From IMG/VR virus record IMGVR_UViG_3300049982_000338: a stretch of 64,000 bases of DNA; one strand, written 5' to 3'. Source of the DNA: an uncultured virus (IMG/VR IMGVR_UViG_3300049982_000338) (lineage: Duplodnaviria; Heunggongvirae; Uroviricota; Caudoviricetes). The notes under the pieces are model-generated. The model made no database searches. It was not told the DNA's origin and saw nothing but the letters and a program-made list of their open reading frames with translations. Below are positions 17,801 through 26,282 of the stretch, piece after piece. The stretch's first letter is position 1; every line of letters starts with the position of its first letter. The translations under genes were made by a program, and so were the position numbers.

Positions 17801-20800
17801 TCGGCGGACAGGCTGATCCGGGTGGGCTTCCCCGGCCCACCCGGTTCGACGGCGGTGACCCGCAGCGCGGTGTACCGGTCGAGGAGCACCTCCTCCTCCT
17901 GCTTCCCGGACAGCCCGACCGCGCGCACCCCGGCGGGCAGGGCGATGGCGAACAGGTAGTCGGACTCGCCGAACTTCTCGGCGACCTCCGGGTCGGTGGT
18001 GGTGGAGGTGAAGCCACGGTCGATGAGCTGGTCCCCAACCTCGATGCCGTCCAGGTTGTAGGAGTCGTCGAACACGGTCCGCACCGCACCTCGGTACACG
18101 GTCATGGGTTCGGTGGTCACGGCTCCGGCGGAGGCGAACACGGCGTCCATCGCGGCGACCCGCGCCTCGGTGGCGGCGACGTGCTGATCGGGCAGATCCC
18201 CGGTGCGGAGGAACCCGTTGATCGCCCGGAATCCCCCGTTCTGGTAGGAGAGGAACGCCTCGGACTGCTCACCGCTGGCGGCCAGGTCCGCGACGTCGGG
18301 CACATGCCCGGCGACCGGGGTCTGGACGGGCAGATCAGGCTCGACCGGGGCGGCATCCGGAGCAGGCGCCGCGTCGTCGGGTGTCTTCCCGGCGAGCACG
18401 TCACGCCCCGCCGCGGTGATCCCGAACCGGCCCTTCCCGTCCCGCTCGAGCAGCCCGGCGTCGACCAGCACCTGCGCGGTCGGGGTCGCCGGCCGCTTCC
18501 CCGACCGCTGCCCCGCCGGTGCGGAGAAGTAGTCCAGGGCCGTCATGCGGGCGGGGGTGAGCTTCACCCCGGCTACCACACCCACCGACGGGGGTTCAGC
18601 CGGCGGCGGTGCAACGTCGGTCGCCGGGACCGGCGTGGGGGCGGCAGCGGGAACGTCGGCGGGCTGCCCGGCCGTGGTGTCCTCGCGCCCATCCTGGGCT
18701 GGGGTGGTGTCCAGTGGTGCCGCGTCCCCGACCCGCTCGACGACGATGCGGCGCACCTTGGTCGGTTCCCGCTTCGCCTTCGCGTCCGGCTTCACGATCG
18801 CCGAGTTCTTCAACGAATACCCGGAGGTGTCGACCTCGTCGTCGTGGACCTCCAGCACCCGGAACTCCGACGGGTTGAGCAGCACCTCCTGCACCCGCGT
18901 GTACCCGCCCAGCTTCGTGCCGTTGACGGTGCCCATCTTGATCTCGGGGGTGCCGAACGGGGTGCCGGCGGGGGTGCGGATCTCGAACAGCACCGCATCC
19001 GGCCCTGCCACCCCGAGGGCTTCGGAGGTGACGAGGACCGCGGACTTGTCCGACGTTGACGTCGCCACGTAGCCGCGGTCGGTGATCGAGGACCCGATCA
19101 ACGTGTCAGGGTCGGCGCGGGCGAGCTCGGGCATCACCGCCACCCGGAACAGGGCCATGTCCTCGGGTAGCCGGTGCTTGTCCAGCGCCGCCGGCAGGTT
19201 GTCCACGATGTTGGCGAGCAGCCGCAGCTCGTAGTCGTTGTCGTGAGCGGCGGCGAACTCGCGGATCTCGTCGGCCGATCGCACGGTGCGGGTGACGTAC
19301 TCCGCGGGCCGCAGGATCACCCCGCCGGCCCCGTAGGAGTTCGGGGTCAGCATGACGCTTACTTCGAGGGAGCCGGTGCGCTGCAGCTCGTTGACCTGCC
19401 GGTACTTGCCGGTGGTCCAGTAGCCGAGGGCTTCCTTCTCCGGGTTGTTGAGTGCCTTCGGGTCGAAGTTGGCGGCCAGGAACGCGTCCCCGTCCTTCGG
19501 CCGGGCCAGCGCCCGGAACGTCCGCGCCGCCTCCGGCTCCGGGACGGCAGGCGCCTCCACGGGCGGGGCATCCACCGCAGCAGCAGCGGCGGAGGCGCCG
19601 CCGGCATAGGACAGCACCTCTCCGGTGAGGATCCGTCGGCCCTTCGAGTCCCGCTCGTCACCGGTGATCCGGAACGAGGACCCCGGGGGGAGGATGACCT
19701 CGTCTTCGCCGTTGCGGGTGCCCAGCAAGCCGGTGACTGGCAGCGCCGGATGCCCCGCCGGGACGACCAGCCGGAACACCGCGTCATCCTCGTAGCTGCC
19801 TAAACCCCGGGAGAACTCCTCCGCGACCCGGGGGTTGGTGGTAGTGGACATGAACCCGGAGTCGGTCACGATCGCGCCGACAGCGGAGCCCTCGGGCAGC
19901 ACCTCGCTGGTGCCGGTGATGCCGCGATGCACCTCGATGGGCTGGCTGAGGCGGTACTGGTCGGCCAGCGCGCGCAGCAGGTCGACGCGGTCGGTGACGT
20001 CTGCCCGTTCCTTGACGGAGGCCGGCTGCTCACCGACGCCGCGCAGCAGGTTGTTCACGGCCTCGTGGCCGGTGCTGATGTAGCTGAGCATCGCCCTGAA
20101 CTCGGGGGTGCCCCGTTCGAGGCGCTGGTCGACGGTGGCGATAGCGGCGTCGTGCGCTTCGTTGCCGCGCAGCGGCTCCGGCGCCGCCGGCGGGGGGGCG
20201 GGGGACGAGACGTCCACCACGACCGGCGGTGCGCTGACAGCACGGACGGGTCTCGGCGCCTCGGTGACCGCGGGCACCCCCGCCGGGGCCGGCTCCGCGA
20301 CCGGATCCGCCCCGTACGGCAACACCTCCGCGCGGACGACCCGCCGCCCGTCGGCGGCGAAGGTGTCCTCGGTGATGCGGAACGACGAACCGGGCGGCAG
20401 CAGCAGCTCCCGCTCCGCGGAGTAGTTCCGCCAGTCCAGTCCCGGTGACAGCGCCACGTCGACGGGGACCGCCGGGTGCCCGGCAGGAACGGTCAGCTCA
20501 AACACCACCGAGCCGGGGTGCGCCGTGCTGAACTGCCGGTCAGCGGCGATCCCCGGGTCGGTACTGGTGGACAGGAACCCGGGGTCGGTGATGACGGCAC
20601 CGACGGAGCTGCCCGCCGGCAGCACCTCGTCGGCGTACCTCATGCCACGGTGGACCACGACGGCCTCGGGCAGTCGGTGGGCGTCGGCGACGTCCCGAAT
20701 CAGAGCGATCTGCGCATCCACACGCGCGGCGTCAGCACCCTTGAGCTTCGGCCATCCGTTGCCGCGCAGCCGCCCGTTGATCGCGGTGTACCCGCCCCCG

Positions 20801-23800
20801 GCGTAGGCGCGGAGCGCCGCATCTTTGTCGGCGGGCAGGGCGCCGGTGACGGTCGCCGCAGCGGCCTGGTAGGCGGCGTTCCCGGACAGGGCGGCGGTGG
20901 TGGCGGGCGCGGGCCCCGCGTCCGGCGCGGGGGCGGGGGCGTTGGCGAGGCGCTCGGCCGCGCGGGTGTCCTGCGCCCCATCCACCGCCGGCGCCGGGGC
21001 CTCGGGCTTCCCGACAGCGGCCAGCTTGTCCCCGGCCCGATCGTCCTGCTGGCCGTCCGGCGCCGACACATCAGCCGGCAACCACCGCACACCCTGCCAG
21101 ATGGTCTGCAGCAGCGCGGCCTTCCCGACCCGCCCATCACCGGGGAACCGCTCCGAGGCCAGATCCGACACCTCGAACGGGGTCGGCATGTTCGCCAGGT
21201 CCCCGGTCTGCAGCTGGGCGATCGCGGCGTCTACCTCGGAGCTCTCGTGCTTCGGGGAGAGCCGCCGCAGCTCCTTGGCGACAGCCTTGGGGCCAGCCGT
21301 GTCGGCCCAGCCAAACCCGCGCCGCGCCCACACGTACCCGCCGACCATGCCGGCGCTGGGGTAGGAGTGCGCAGAGAGAGCGACGTGCGTGACACCGGCC
21401 GCCCGATACACAGCCTCGGCGCGCTGATTGAACTCCGACCCCAGCCCGAGCCCCTGGTAGTTCTTCTCCAACCGGAGGACCTCGTGGTATGCCTGCGGAC
21501 CCTCGGGGGTCCGCCGGATCAACCGATCGGCCTTGCCGATCTTCTTCCCGTCGGCGTCTCGGAACTCGACGGACGCGGTGAAGCCGTCCGCGTTGTAGGG
21601 CTCGGCGCGGGTGACCACGCTGCGGTAGGTCTTGCCGTCAGAGCCGGTCAGCTCATGCTCGAACGTGACCCGCAGCAGGGCCTCGTTCGGGGCGGCGAAC
21701 GACACCGGCGCCGGGTCGGAGCCCTTGACGGTGATGGAGATGCCGACGCCGCGCTTGGTCCACTTCCCGTTCTCGTCGCGGCGCTGGTTCGGGTCGTAGT
21801 GGTCCTCCCCCCGCACCCCGACATGCACCCCGGCCGCGGTCAAGGCGGGCACCAGCTTCGCCAGCAGCGCGGGGTCCACCACCGCCTCGTCCACCAGCAG
21901 AGGGTCGTCGTGCACGTCGTAGGAGGCGCGGTAGATGGCGTCCATCGCCGCCACCACATGTTCCGCCGGCCGCACCACCGCCACCTCGACGGTCTTCTTC
22001 TTCGCGGCAGCAGTCAGCCCGTCGTCGGGCTGGTCGTAGGCGCGGACCACCCCGGCCTCCGCACGACGGGCGATCTCCGCCGCCACCTCGGCCGGGTCCC
22101 GCCACCCCCGGTCCACCACATCAGGCGTCGGCTCCGACGGATCCAGGAACAGCACGGTGCACCGACAGTTGTGGCAGGCGATACCATCGGCGGTGTACCA
22201 CCGCTCGGTGGTGGAGAGGTTGTAGACGTCGCCGTGGTAGCTCGGAAAGACATCGACCTGGACCAGCTCGCACGGCGACATGCCGAGGGCGCGAGCGTGC
22301 TCCAGATGAGCCACGAACTCGGCATCAGCCGACCCGCGATCGTCCGCCGCCTCGGGGACCTGGGCCTGCCCGTCCGCAGCGGCAGCGAAGCCAACCGGCT
22401 GCGGCTCGCCGCCATGACCGTCCAGGAGCGCCGCGCCCTGACCGCCGCGTCGAACGCTGCCCGCCGGCGCAGCAGCGCGCCCGTCAGAGAGGTCGTCACG
22501 GGTCGCCGCAGCCTCGGCAGCGCCCGCACCCGGGAGCGCACCGGATCGGCCGCCTACGCCCACGAGCAGACGCTGATCGACCGCGCCCGCAGCCTCGGGA
22601 TTCCTGTGCGCGAGCAGGTCGCCGTCGGCCCGTACAACCTCGACGTCCTCGCCTTCGACGCCGTCGCCGTGGAAGTCCACGCCGCGCCCTACCACCCGCT
22701 CCGGCATCCCCGCCTCGCGCAGCGATGCGTGGAACTCCTCGACGCGGGCTGGTCCGTCGGCTACCTGTGGTTGCAGCCCGCCGGTGCCGTCGGATGCGAT
22801 GACCTGCTGGCCTGGGCGGAGCTCGCCGGCCGGGAGATAACCGAGCGGGGTCAGCACCGGGTGGTTCGGGGTGACGGAGAGGACGTGACCCCGAGCCGTG
22901 GTGAGCTGCACGAGCGGGCCGCTGTAGCGCCGCCGCGTCGAGCCCAGTACGTCCTGCCCCGCCCACGCCACCAGTGAGCCCGGTGCGAGGCAGTTGATGA
23001 CCTCCTCCGGTGGCCCCAGGGGGTCACCGGGGTGGTCCAGGTCGTGACCGCCCACCCGGAACGGCCGCCCGAGCGGGACACGTTGCCCGTCGGCGCGGAA
23101 GTGGGAGTCCCGGGTGCGTTCGTCGATCGTGCACAGCCACGCCTTGTCCAGCGGCTCCCCGGTGACGTCGGCGATCACCTCCTGCGCCGCGAGGTGCCCG
23201 CCGTTGTAGGCGCCGATCGTTTCGGTGCGGGCGATGGTGCGGGCACGGTTCGCCCACGACACCTCCCCACCCACATCGAGGCACTCCTGCACCGCATCCC
23301 GGATCGTCGGGATGGAGGCGCCGTCGGCGATGCCGTCCTGCACCACATCGCGGACCAGATCGAACGTCTGATCGGCGACCCCTACCAGCCGGTTGCCGAC
23401 CTGTTCCAGGTAGTTGTCCTGCCAGGCGCGGGCGGAGATCACCTGCGGGTCGGCGAGGAACCGGGCGAACACCTCCCCGAGCAGCTCCCCGATCGCGGTC
23501 AGAATGTGGGTGGACGCCAACCGCCGCCACACCCCGGCCAGTGGGGGGATCGCCCCCGGATCCGGGGGCAGCGCGGGCCCGTCGCCGGCGGCGGTGATCG
23601 TGTACCGGTCCTGCAGCACCGCGGTGGCCACCACCGCCGTCCACGCCGACAGCGCCTTCCCGGTGGCCTGCTCCAGCCGCGTCTCCCACCGGACCAGGTC
23701 GGCCGCGGCGTCGAGGCGCTGCTCATGCCACGGATCCAGCCCGGCACCCGCCGGGGGGTAGGCGATCAGCAGCCCGTCGGCGGGCTCGGCGAACCGCGAC

Positions 23801-23904
23801 GGCACCGGCGGTGGGGTGACGGTCAGCCCGGCCCCGTCCTCCACCAACCGCGACCCCACACCCTTGCCGGCGCCCTTGCTCTTGTTGGTCCTGCTGGTGG
23901 TCAC
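14869..23904 (-). CDS. ~3011-aa head polyprotein: MuF (intein-split), GNAT-like, 4x VIP2-like ADP-ribosyltransferase, wHTH, Rmf-like, capsid maturation protease-like C-terminus
   Basis: MuF RARTIARTET..KAWLCTIDERTRDSH..PGDP..EVIN/CRC; ART R..STS/STT..ExE repeats; protease-like TGDGRIF..LPLPLL..GHDGSVVVGRI; located after portal; GTGA-coupled start. Confidence 0.9.
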   Translation of the reverse strand: MTTSRTNKSKGAGKGVGSRLVEDGAGLTVTPPPVPSRFAEPADGLLIAYPPAGAGLDPWHEQRLDAAADLVRWETRLEQATGKALSAWTAVVATAVLQDRYTITAAGDGPALPPDPGAIPPLAGVWRRLASTHILTAIGELLGEVFARFLADPQVISARAWQDNYLEQVGNRLVGVADQTFDLVRDVVQDGIADGASIPTIRDAVQECLDVGGEVSWANRARTIARTETIGAYNGGHLAAQEVIADVTGEPLDKAWLCTIDERTRDSHFRADGQRVPLGRPFRVGGHDLDHPGDPLGPPEEVINCLAPGSLVAWAGQDVLGSTRRRYSGPLVQLTTARGHVLSVTPNHPVLTPLGYLPAGELRPGQQVIASDGTGGLQPQVADGPARVEEFHASLREAGMPERVVGRGVDFHGDGVEGEDVEVVRADGDLLAHRNPEAAGAVDQRLLVGVGGRSGALPGAGAAEAAATRDDLSDGRAAAPAGSVRRGGQGAALLDGHGGEPQPVGFAAAADGQAQVPEAADDRGSADAEFVAHLEHARALGMSPCELVQVDVFPSYHGDVYNLSTTERWYTADGIACHNCRCTVLFLDPSEPTPDVVDRGWRDPAEVAAEIARRAEAGVVRAYDQPDDGLTAAAKKKTVEVAVVRPAEHVVAAMDAIYRASYDVHDDPLLVDEAVVDPALLAKLVPALTAAGVHVGVRGEDHYDPNQRRDENGKWTKRGVGISITVKGSDPAPVSFAAPNEALLRVTFEHELTGSDGKTYRSVVTRAEPYNADGFTASVEFRDADGKKIGKADRLIRRTPEGPQAYHEVLRLEKNYQGLGLGSEFNQRAEAVYRAAGVTHVALSAHSYPSAGMVGGYVWARRGFGWADTAGPKAVAKELRRLSPKHESSEVDAAIAQLQTGDLANMPTPFEVSDLASERFPGDGRVGKAALLQTIWQGVRWLPADVSAPDGQQDDRAGDKLAAVGKPEAPAPAVDGAQDTRAAERLANAPAPAPDAGPAPATTAALSGNAAYQAAAATVTGALPADKDAALRAYAGGGYTAINGRLRGNGWPKLKGADAARVDAQIALIRDVADAHRLPEAVVVHRGMRYADEVLPAGSSVGAVITDPGFLSTSTDPGIAADRQFSTAHPGSVVFELTVPAGHPAVPVDVALSPGLDWRNYSAERELLLPPGSSFRITEDTFAADGRRVVRAEVLPYGADPVAEPAPAGVPAVTEAPRPVRAVSAPPVVVDVSSPAPPPAAPEPLRGNEAHDAAIATVDQRLERGTPEFRAMLSYISTGHEAVNNLLRGVGEQPASVKERADVTDRVDLLRALADQYRLSQPIEVHRGITGTSEVLPEGSAVGAIVTDSGFMSTTTNPRVAEEFSRGLGSYEDDAVFRLVVPAGHPALPVTGLLGTRNGEDEVILPPGSSFRITGDERDSKGRRILTGEVLSYAGGASAAAAAVDAPPVEAPAVPEPEAARTFRALARPKDGDAFLAANFDPKALNNPEKEALGYWTTGKYRQVNELQRTGSLEVSVMLTPNSYGAGGVILRPAEYVTRTVRSADEIREFAAAHDNDYELRLLANIVDNLPAALDKHRLPEDMALFRVAVMPELARADPDTLIGSSITDRGYVATSTSDKSAVLVTSEALGVAGPDAVLFEIRTPAGTPFGTPEIKMGTVNGTKLGGYTRVQEVLLNPSEFRVLEVHDDEVDTSGYSLKNSAIVKPDAKAKREPTKVRRIVVERVGDAAPLDTTPAQDGREDTTAGQPADVPAAAPTPVPATDVAPPPAEPPSVGVVAGVKLTPARMTALDYFSAPAGQRSGKRPATPTAQVLVDAGLLERDGKGRFGITAAGRDVLAGKTPDDAAPAPDAAPVEPDLPVQTPVAGHVPDVADLAASGEQSEAFLSYQNGGFRAINGFLRTGDLPDQHVAATEARVAAMDAVFASAGAVTTEPMTVYRGAVRTVFDDSYNLDGIEVGDQLIDRGFTSTTTDPEVAEKFGESDYLFAIALPAGVRAVGLSGKQEEEVLLDRYTALRVTAVEPGGPGKPTRISLSAEAVDPRDATPDAAPDLGDEVAAARQAETVAAEKKAAKVAAAAAKKAAKLQAREDADREARLAEATDDAGVPRKLTHAYLSALDPDELEDLEVHLINGVASGDPLDEARLEDLGLFQEAQRVEGELGEEEDTLGVAGVNAAIDRWREANGRPGLTHPAVGGVLSEVGVPSFKEVQAEYRDYLHQQWLRAEAATNGYLVTPRGERLGRTAMDMFSGKRGVADVMQYATDELLEWFEAPENRRIAWAEFYYERTKAAGFADRAAKARAVSLQINRDRTALKAAPGPVDDAVVLTAAARRSPAAPVEPTAAQLDAYAAGRNAYADGEDLTICPFDPAHDTADPQGLFVLWVRGWVQAQAAAFVARRAAEGWIPDPAADRLGWTGGDVLVIPPSSHDVDPAGRLLARPGDLTVLPATTPHVGDTVTAAGFGPGDPSDLEGRPSMPRTWKSAPHLAPFGMPTGDGRIFAVGSLTARELPLPLLFQPSSGMGHDGSVVVGRILDVTFTDQGIEASGDYLDADATTAPDLAKAVEQAVALTESGLGHVSVDLSDVVGELVDEAGNPVSMEDIFDAWDRGEDPKVLEQVAEGKLIAVTQVATPAFEGAKIELSAAAVTLPAAGAEAALQDAAGADIGVGALVDVETDTGTVRGRVTAVDEATETVTVQPTDADGTDNGDPLDVAPAAVTVVTPADTTPAAEADAEVSLIAAAGPLRPPAAWFEDPKLQGPTALTITDDGRVFGHAALWDVCHVGFSNTCVTPPPSPSGYKHFHTGEVVTEDGSRVAVGNLTLGGRHADVRLAYRSAIEHYDVQGAGAAVVRMYEDEHGIAFAGALTPGVTEEQIYDLRRSPVSGDWRRIGGELEMIGVLSVNAPGFPTPRFATDSSGRTALTAAPSVRPVDPDAKPATSSSLAQLTQRITADVTAAVRAQLREETAATERAARLRGLAAAVRPDRTRQRKLAALSTTVDGPRRDRLAALATTVTAR
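16519..16551 (-). promoter_or_regulatory. late-type promoter motif inside the polyprotein gene, upstream of internal ATG 16488
   Basis: GACACT-9nt-GCTGGCTTCGGGCCGGGC, then GAAGGA RBS and ATG (MPRTWKS). Confidence 0.65.
22168..22992 (-). mobile_element. intein (275 aa) inserted in the MuF N|CRC motif
   Basis: N-terminal CLAPGSLV, block B LSVTPNHPVLT, block F/G VYNLST..YTADGIACHN, +1 Cys; removal restores EVIN-CRC. Confidence 0.93.
22234..22977 (+). CDS. antisense-encoded HTH + Vsr/DUF559-like endonuclease nested inside the intein
   Basis: GGAGAGG RBS then GTG; HTH GASVLQMSHELGISRPAIVRRL; nuclease EQVAVGPYNLDV..VAVEVHAAPYH..LLDAGWSVGYLW; starts and stops within the intein. Confidence 0.8.
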   Translation: MVARKDIDLDQLARRHAEGASVLQMSHELGISRPAIVRRLGDLGLPVRSGSEANRLRLAAMTVQERRALTAASNAARRRSSAPVREVVTGRRSLGSARTRERTGSAAYAHEQTLIDRARSLGIPVREQVAVGPYNLDVLAFDAVAVEVHAAPYHPLRHPRLAQRCVELLDAGWSVGYLWLQPAGAVGCDDLLAWAELAGREITERGQHRVVRGDGEDVTPSRGELHERAAVAPPRRAQYVLPRPRHQ

Positions 23905-24269
23905 TGGCGTGCCTTCCGAACAACCGCCGACAGATACGCCGTGGAGTGGGGCTGCCCGGACAGCAGCAGCCCCCCCACGTACTCGGTGAGTTCCGCCCGC
24001 AACCGGCCCGGGTCCAGGGCCACCAGGCCGGCGACCTCCTCGCACCAGTCGAACGCCCCCGCCAGCAGCTTCGGTAGCTGGTCCGGATGGATCCGGATGT
24101 GTTCGTGGGCGGTGCGGAAGTCGATGCCGGCGTACTGGCCGCGCAGCGCCCGGTTCTGGTTCCGGTTCCGCTTCCCCGCCAGCTCGAGGGCGCGGAGCAC
24201 CAGCAGGTGCGCGGCCACCAGATCCCCCTCCAACACAGCAGGGCGGGCGGTGGTGGTGGGTGCGGTCAC
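23901..24269 (-). CDS. hypothetical protein between portal and MuF
   Basis: coupled on both sides; LVLRALELAGKR..AHEH. Confidence 0.75.
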   Translation of the reverse strand: MTAPTTTARPAVLEGDLVAAHLLVLRALELAGKRNRNQNRALRGQYAGIDFRTAHEHIRIHPDQLPKLLAGAFDWCEEVAGLVALDPGRLRAELTEYVGGLLLSGQPHSTAYLSAVVRKARQ

Positions 24270-25795
24270 GCGGCGTCCTGCCCGTCGGTGGTGGTGGGCT
24301 CAGCAGGGGTGGGGTCGGGGCGGACCCGTTCGGAGTCCACCGGCAGCGGCTCGACCGGCGGGTCGGCCGGCGTCCCGCCCGGGGTCGCCGCGGGATCGGG
24401 GAGCGCGGTCAGGTTCAGGTCCGTGACCTTCCCGCCGGACCACAGGTGCACCAGGGCGGGCACCAGGTCCCCGGCGCCGGAGGGGTTGGCGGTGATGACC
24501 TCGTGCAGCAGCCGGGCGACCCGTTCCTCCACGGTGGGTTCGTCCTCGACGTCGAACCCGGACTCGCGGAGCAGGGCGGCGCCGGACAGTTCCCCGGCGG
24601 CGTGGACCACCCGGGCGTGTTCCTCCCGGTTGGGTCGCTGCGTCAGCTGGGACACGTCGAACCAGAGGGTGAACCGGTAGGGCTCCAGGCCGGCCTTCTC
24701 CAGGGCGGGCACGTAGTAGCCCTCGTTGATGGCCTGCACGATGACCATCAGCTTCGGGGCGATGTGCAGCTTCACCGCCTGTTCCTCGATCGCCCAGGCG
24801 GACCAGTGGTTGGCCTGCGCCATGCCGAGGAGCACTTCGGCGGGCATGTCGAGGCCCAGGGCGAGCCGGCGGATGCAGGCTTCGCGGGCGGCGGCGTTCT
24901 CCGCCTGCAACGCGGACGCGAAGGAGATGTGCCGCACCTTGTCCACGGCCTCCGCCGGGACCCGGAGCACGGGGGGGACGAGGCGGGCGGAGTCCGACGG
25001 GTCGTCCAGCGGGACGAGGATCGACTCGGCGAGCATCAGCATCAGCGGGTCGGCGTCCGGGTTCGCTTCCAACGCCTTCGCCGAGGGCGGGGGGAACTGC
25101 ACGTTGTTGGGGAGGATCAGCAGGCCGGCGCCGGCGAGGCGGGAGTCCATCTGCTGCCCGGCGACCTTGACCAGCGCGGCGAGCTCGCGGAGGACGGGGA
25201 GGACGGCGCGGACCGGGGAGTCGGCCTCCCACCGCTTCCGCGGATGGGACGTCCAGATGCGGATGATGACGGTGCGGTCCGGGTCCAGGCGCCGTTTCCC
25301 GTTGCCGCGGTCCACCTGCCAGCCGGTCGCCGCCGAATAGGACAGTTCGTCGGTGGAGCACACGTACCAGTCGTCGTCCCCGACCGGTTCGCCCAGCTCG
25401 TCGACCGGGGTTTCCCCGATGACGTAGGAGTCCCCGACGACGGTGAGGTGCACCCCGACCTGGGAGAGGATCTGCGCCTGCGTGGCCGGCCCGCCGAGCA
25501 GGTCGTAGGCGGCGGCCAGCGCGCCGGGGTGTTCGGTGGGCTTCGCGGACGGCTGCCCGTCCTCGGCGACGTCGGCCGGGTACAGGGTGGCGCGGGACAG
25601 GGAGTTGCCGAACCAGTTCGCGGCGTACCGCAGTTCGCCGCAGCTGTCGTAGTGCTCCCACGCCTCGGCCTGCCACTCGGCCTGCAGGATGCCCTTCGGC
25701 TTCTTGGTGAGGTCGAGGCGGGCGGCGGAGGCGATCAGCCCGTTGGGGGTCAACACCTCGGCGGGGACGTCGCGCTGCCACCGGAGGCCGGGCAT
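24266..25795 (-). CDS. portal protein
   Basis: WQAEAWEHYD..GELRY, IRRLALGLDMPAEVLLG..NHWSAW; position between TerL and MuF. Confidence 0.88.
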   Translation of the reverse strand: MPGLRWQRDVPAEVLTPNGLIASAARLDLTKKPKGILQAEWQAEAWEHYDSCGELRYAANWFGNSLSRATLYPADVAEDGQPSAKPTEHPGALAAAYDLLGGPATQAQILSQVGVHLTVVGDSYVIGETPVDELGEPVGDDDWYVCSTDELSYSAATGWQVDRGNGKRRLDPDRTVIIRIWTSHPRKRWEADSPVRAVLPVLRELAALVKVAGQQMDSRLAGAGLLILPNNVQFPPPSAKALEANPDADPLMLMLAESILVPLDDPSDSARLVPPVLRVPAEAVDKVRHISFASALQAENAAAREACIRRLALGLDMPAEVLLGMAQANHWSAWAIEEQAVKLHIAPKLMVIVQAINEGYYVPALEKAGLEPYRFTLWFDVSQLTQRPNREEHARVVHAAGELSGAALLRESGFDVEDEPTVEERVARLLHEVITANPSGAGDLVPALVHLWSGGKVTDLNLTALPDPAATPGGTPADPPVEPLPVDSERVRPDPTPAEPTTTDGQDAA

Positions 25796-26118
25796 CAGTC
25801 CTCATCCTCCAGGCCGGCCAGCAGCGCGGTGCCGTGGGAGTAGGCCAACGCCAGCAGCGCCCCGACCAGGACGGTGGGGAGCCACCAGGCGGGCCGGTAG
25901 TCGGGCACCAGCCAGATCACGGCAGCGGCCACCACCGGGGCGATGTAGATGGACACGCACCACCGGCAGTGCACCAGGTAGCCCAGCGCGCTAGAGGGGC
26001 CCCACCGGCGGACGATCGCGGCGCGGAACGGGAGGGTGACCCGGTCGGCGGCGATCAGGCGGGTGAGGCGTGCGGTGGCGAGCAGACCGGCCAGCGTGAT
26101 GACCACAGCGAAGATCAC
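25795..26118 (-). CDS. DUF1360-like membrane protein
   Basis: LATARLTRLIAADRVTLPFR..YLVHCRWCVSIY. Confidence 0.8.
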   Translation of the reverse strand: MIFAVVITLAGLLATARLTRLIAADRVTLPFRAAIVRRWGPSSALGYLVHCRWCVSIYIAPVVAAAVIWLVPDYRPAWWLPTVLVGALLALAYSHGTALLAGLEDED

Positions 26119-26282
26119 GCCGCGCAGTATCACCGGGCGTGTCCGCTTGACTACAGCGCGGCGCGCCGCCACCCAACCCGACCCCAACGCGGCACCCGAC
26201 ACACCACCCCCGCCAGCACCCGCCGCCCCGGCGGGTCACACTGGACGACGGCCGGACGGCTCCCCCGTGCCGCCCGGCCCCC

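Noticed and set aside
20476..22233. N-terminal 586 codons of the 833-aa plus-strand ORF
   Set aside because: Shadow of the ART/GNAT region. Only the part from GTG 22234 has an RBS and recognisable domains.
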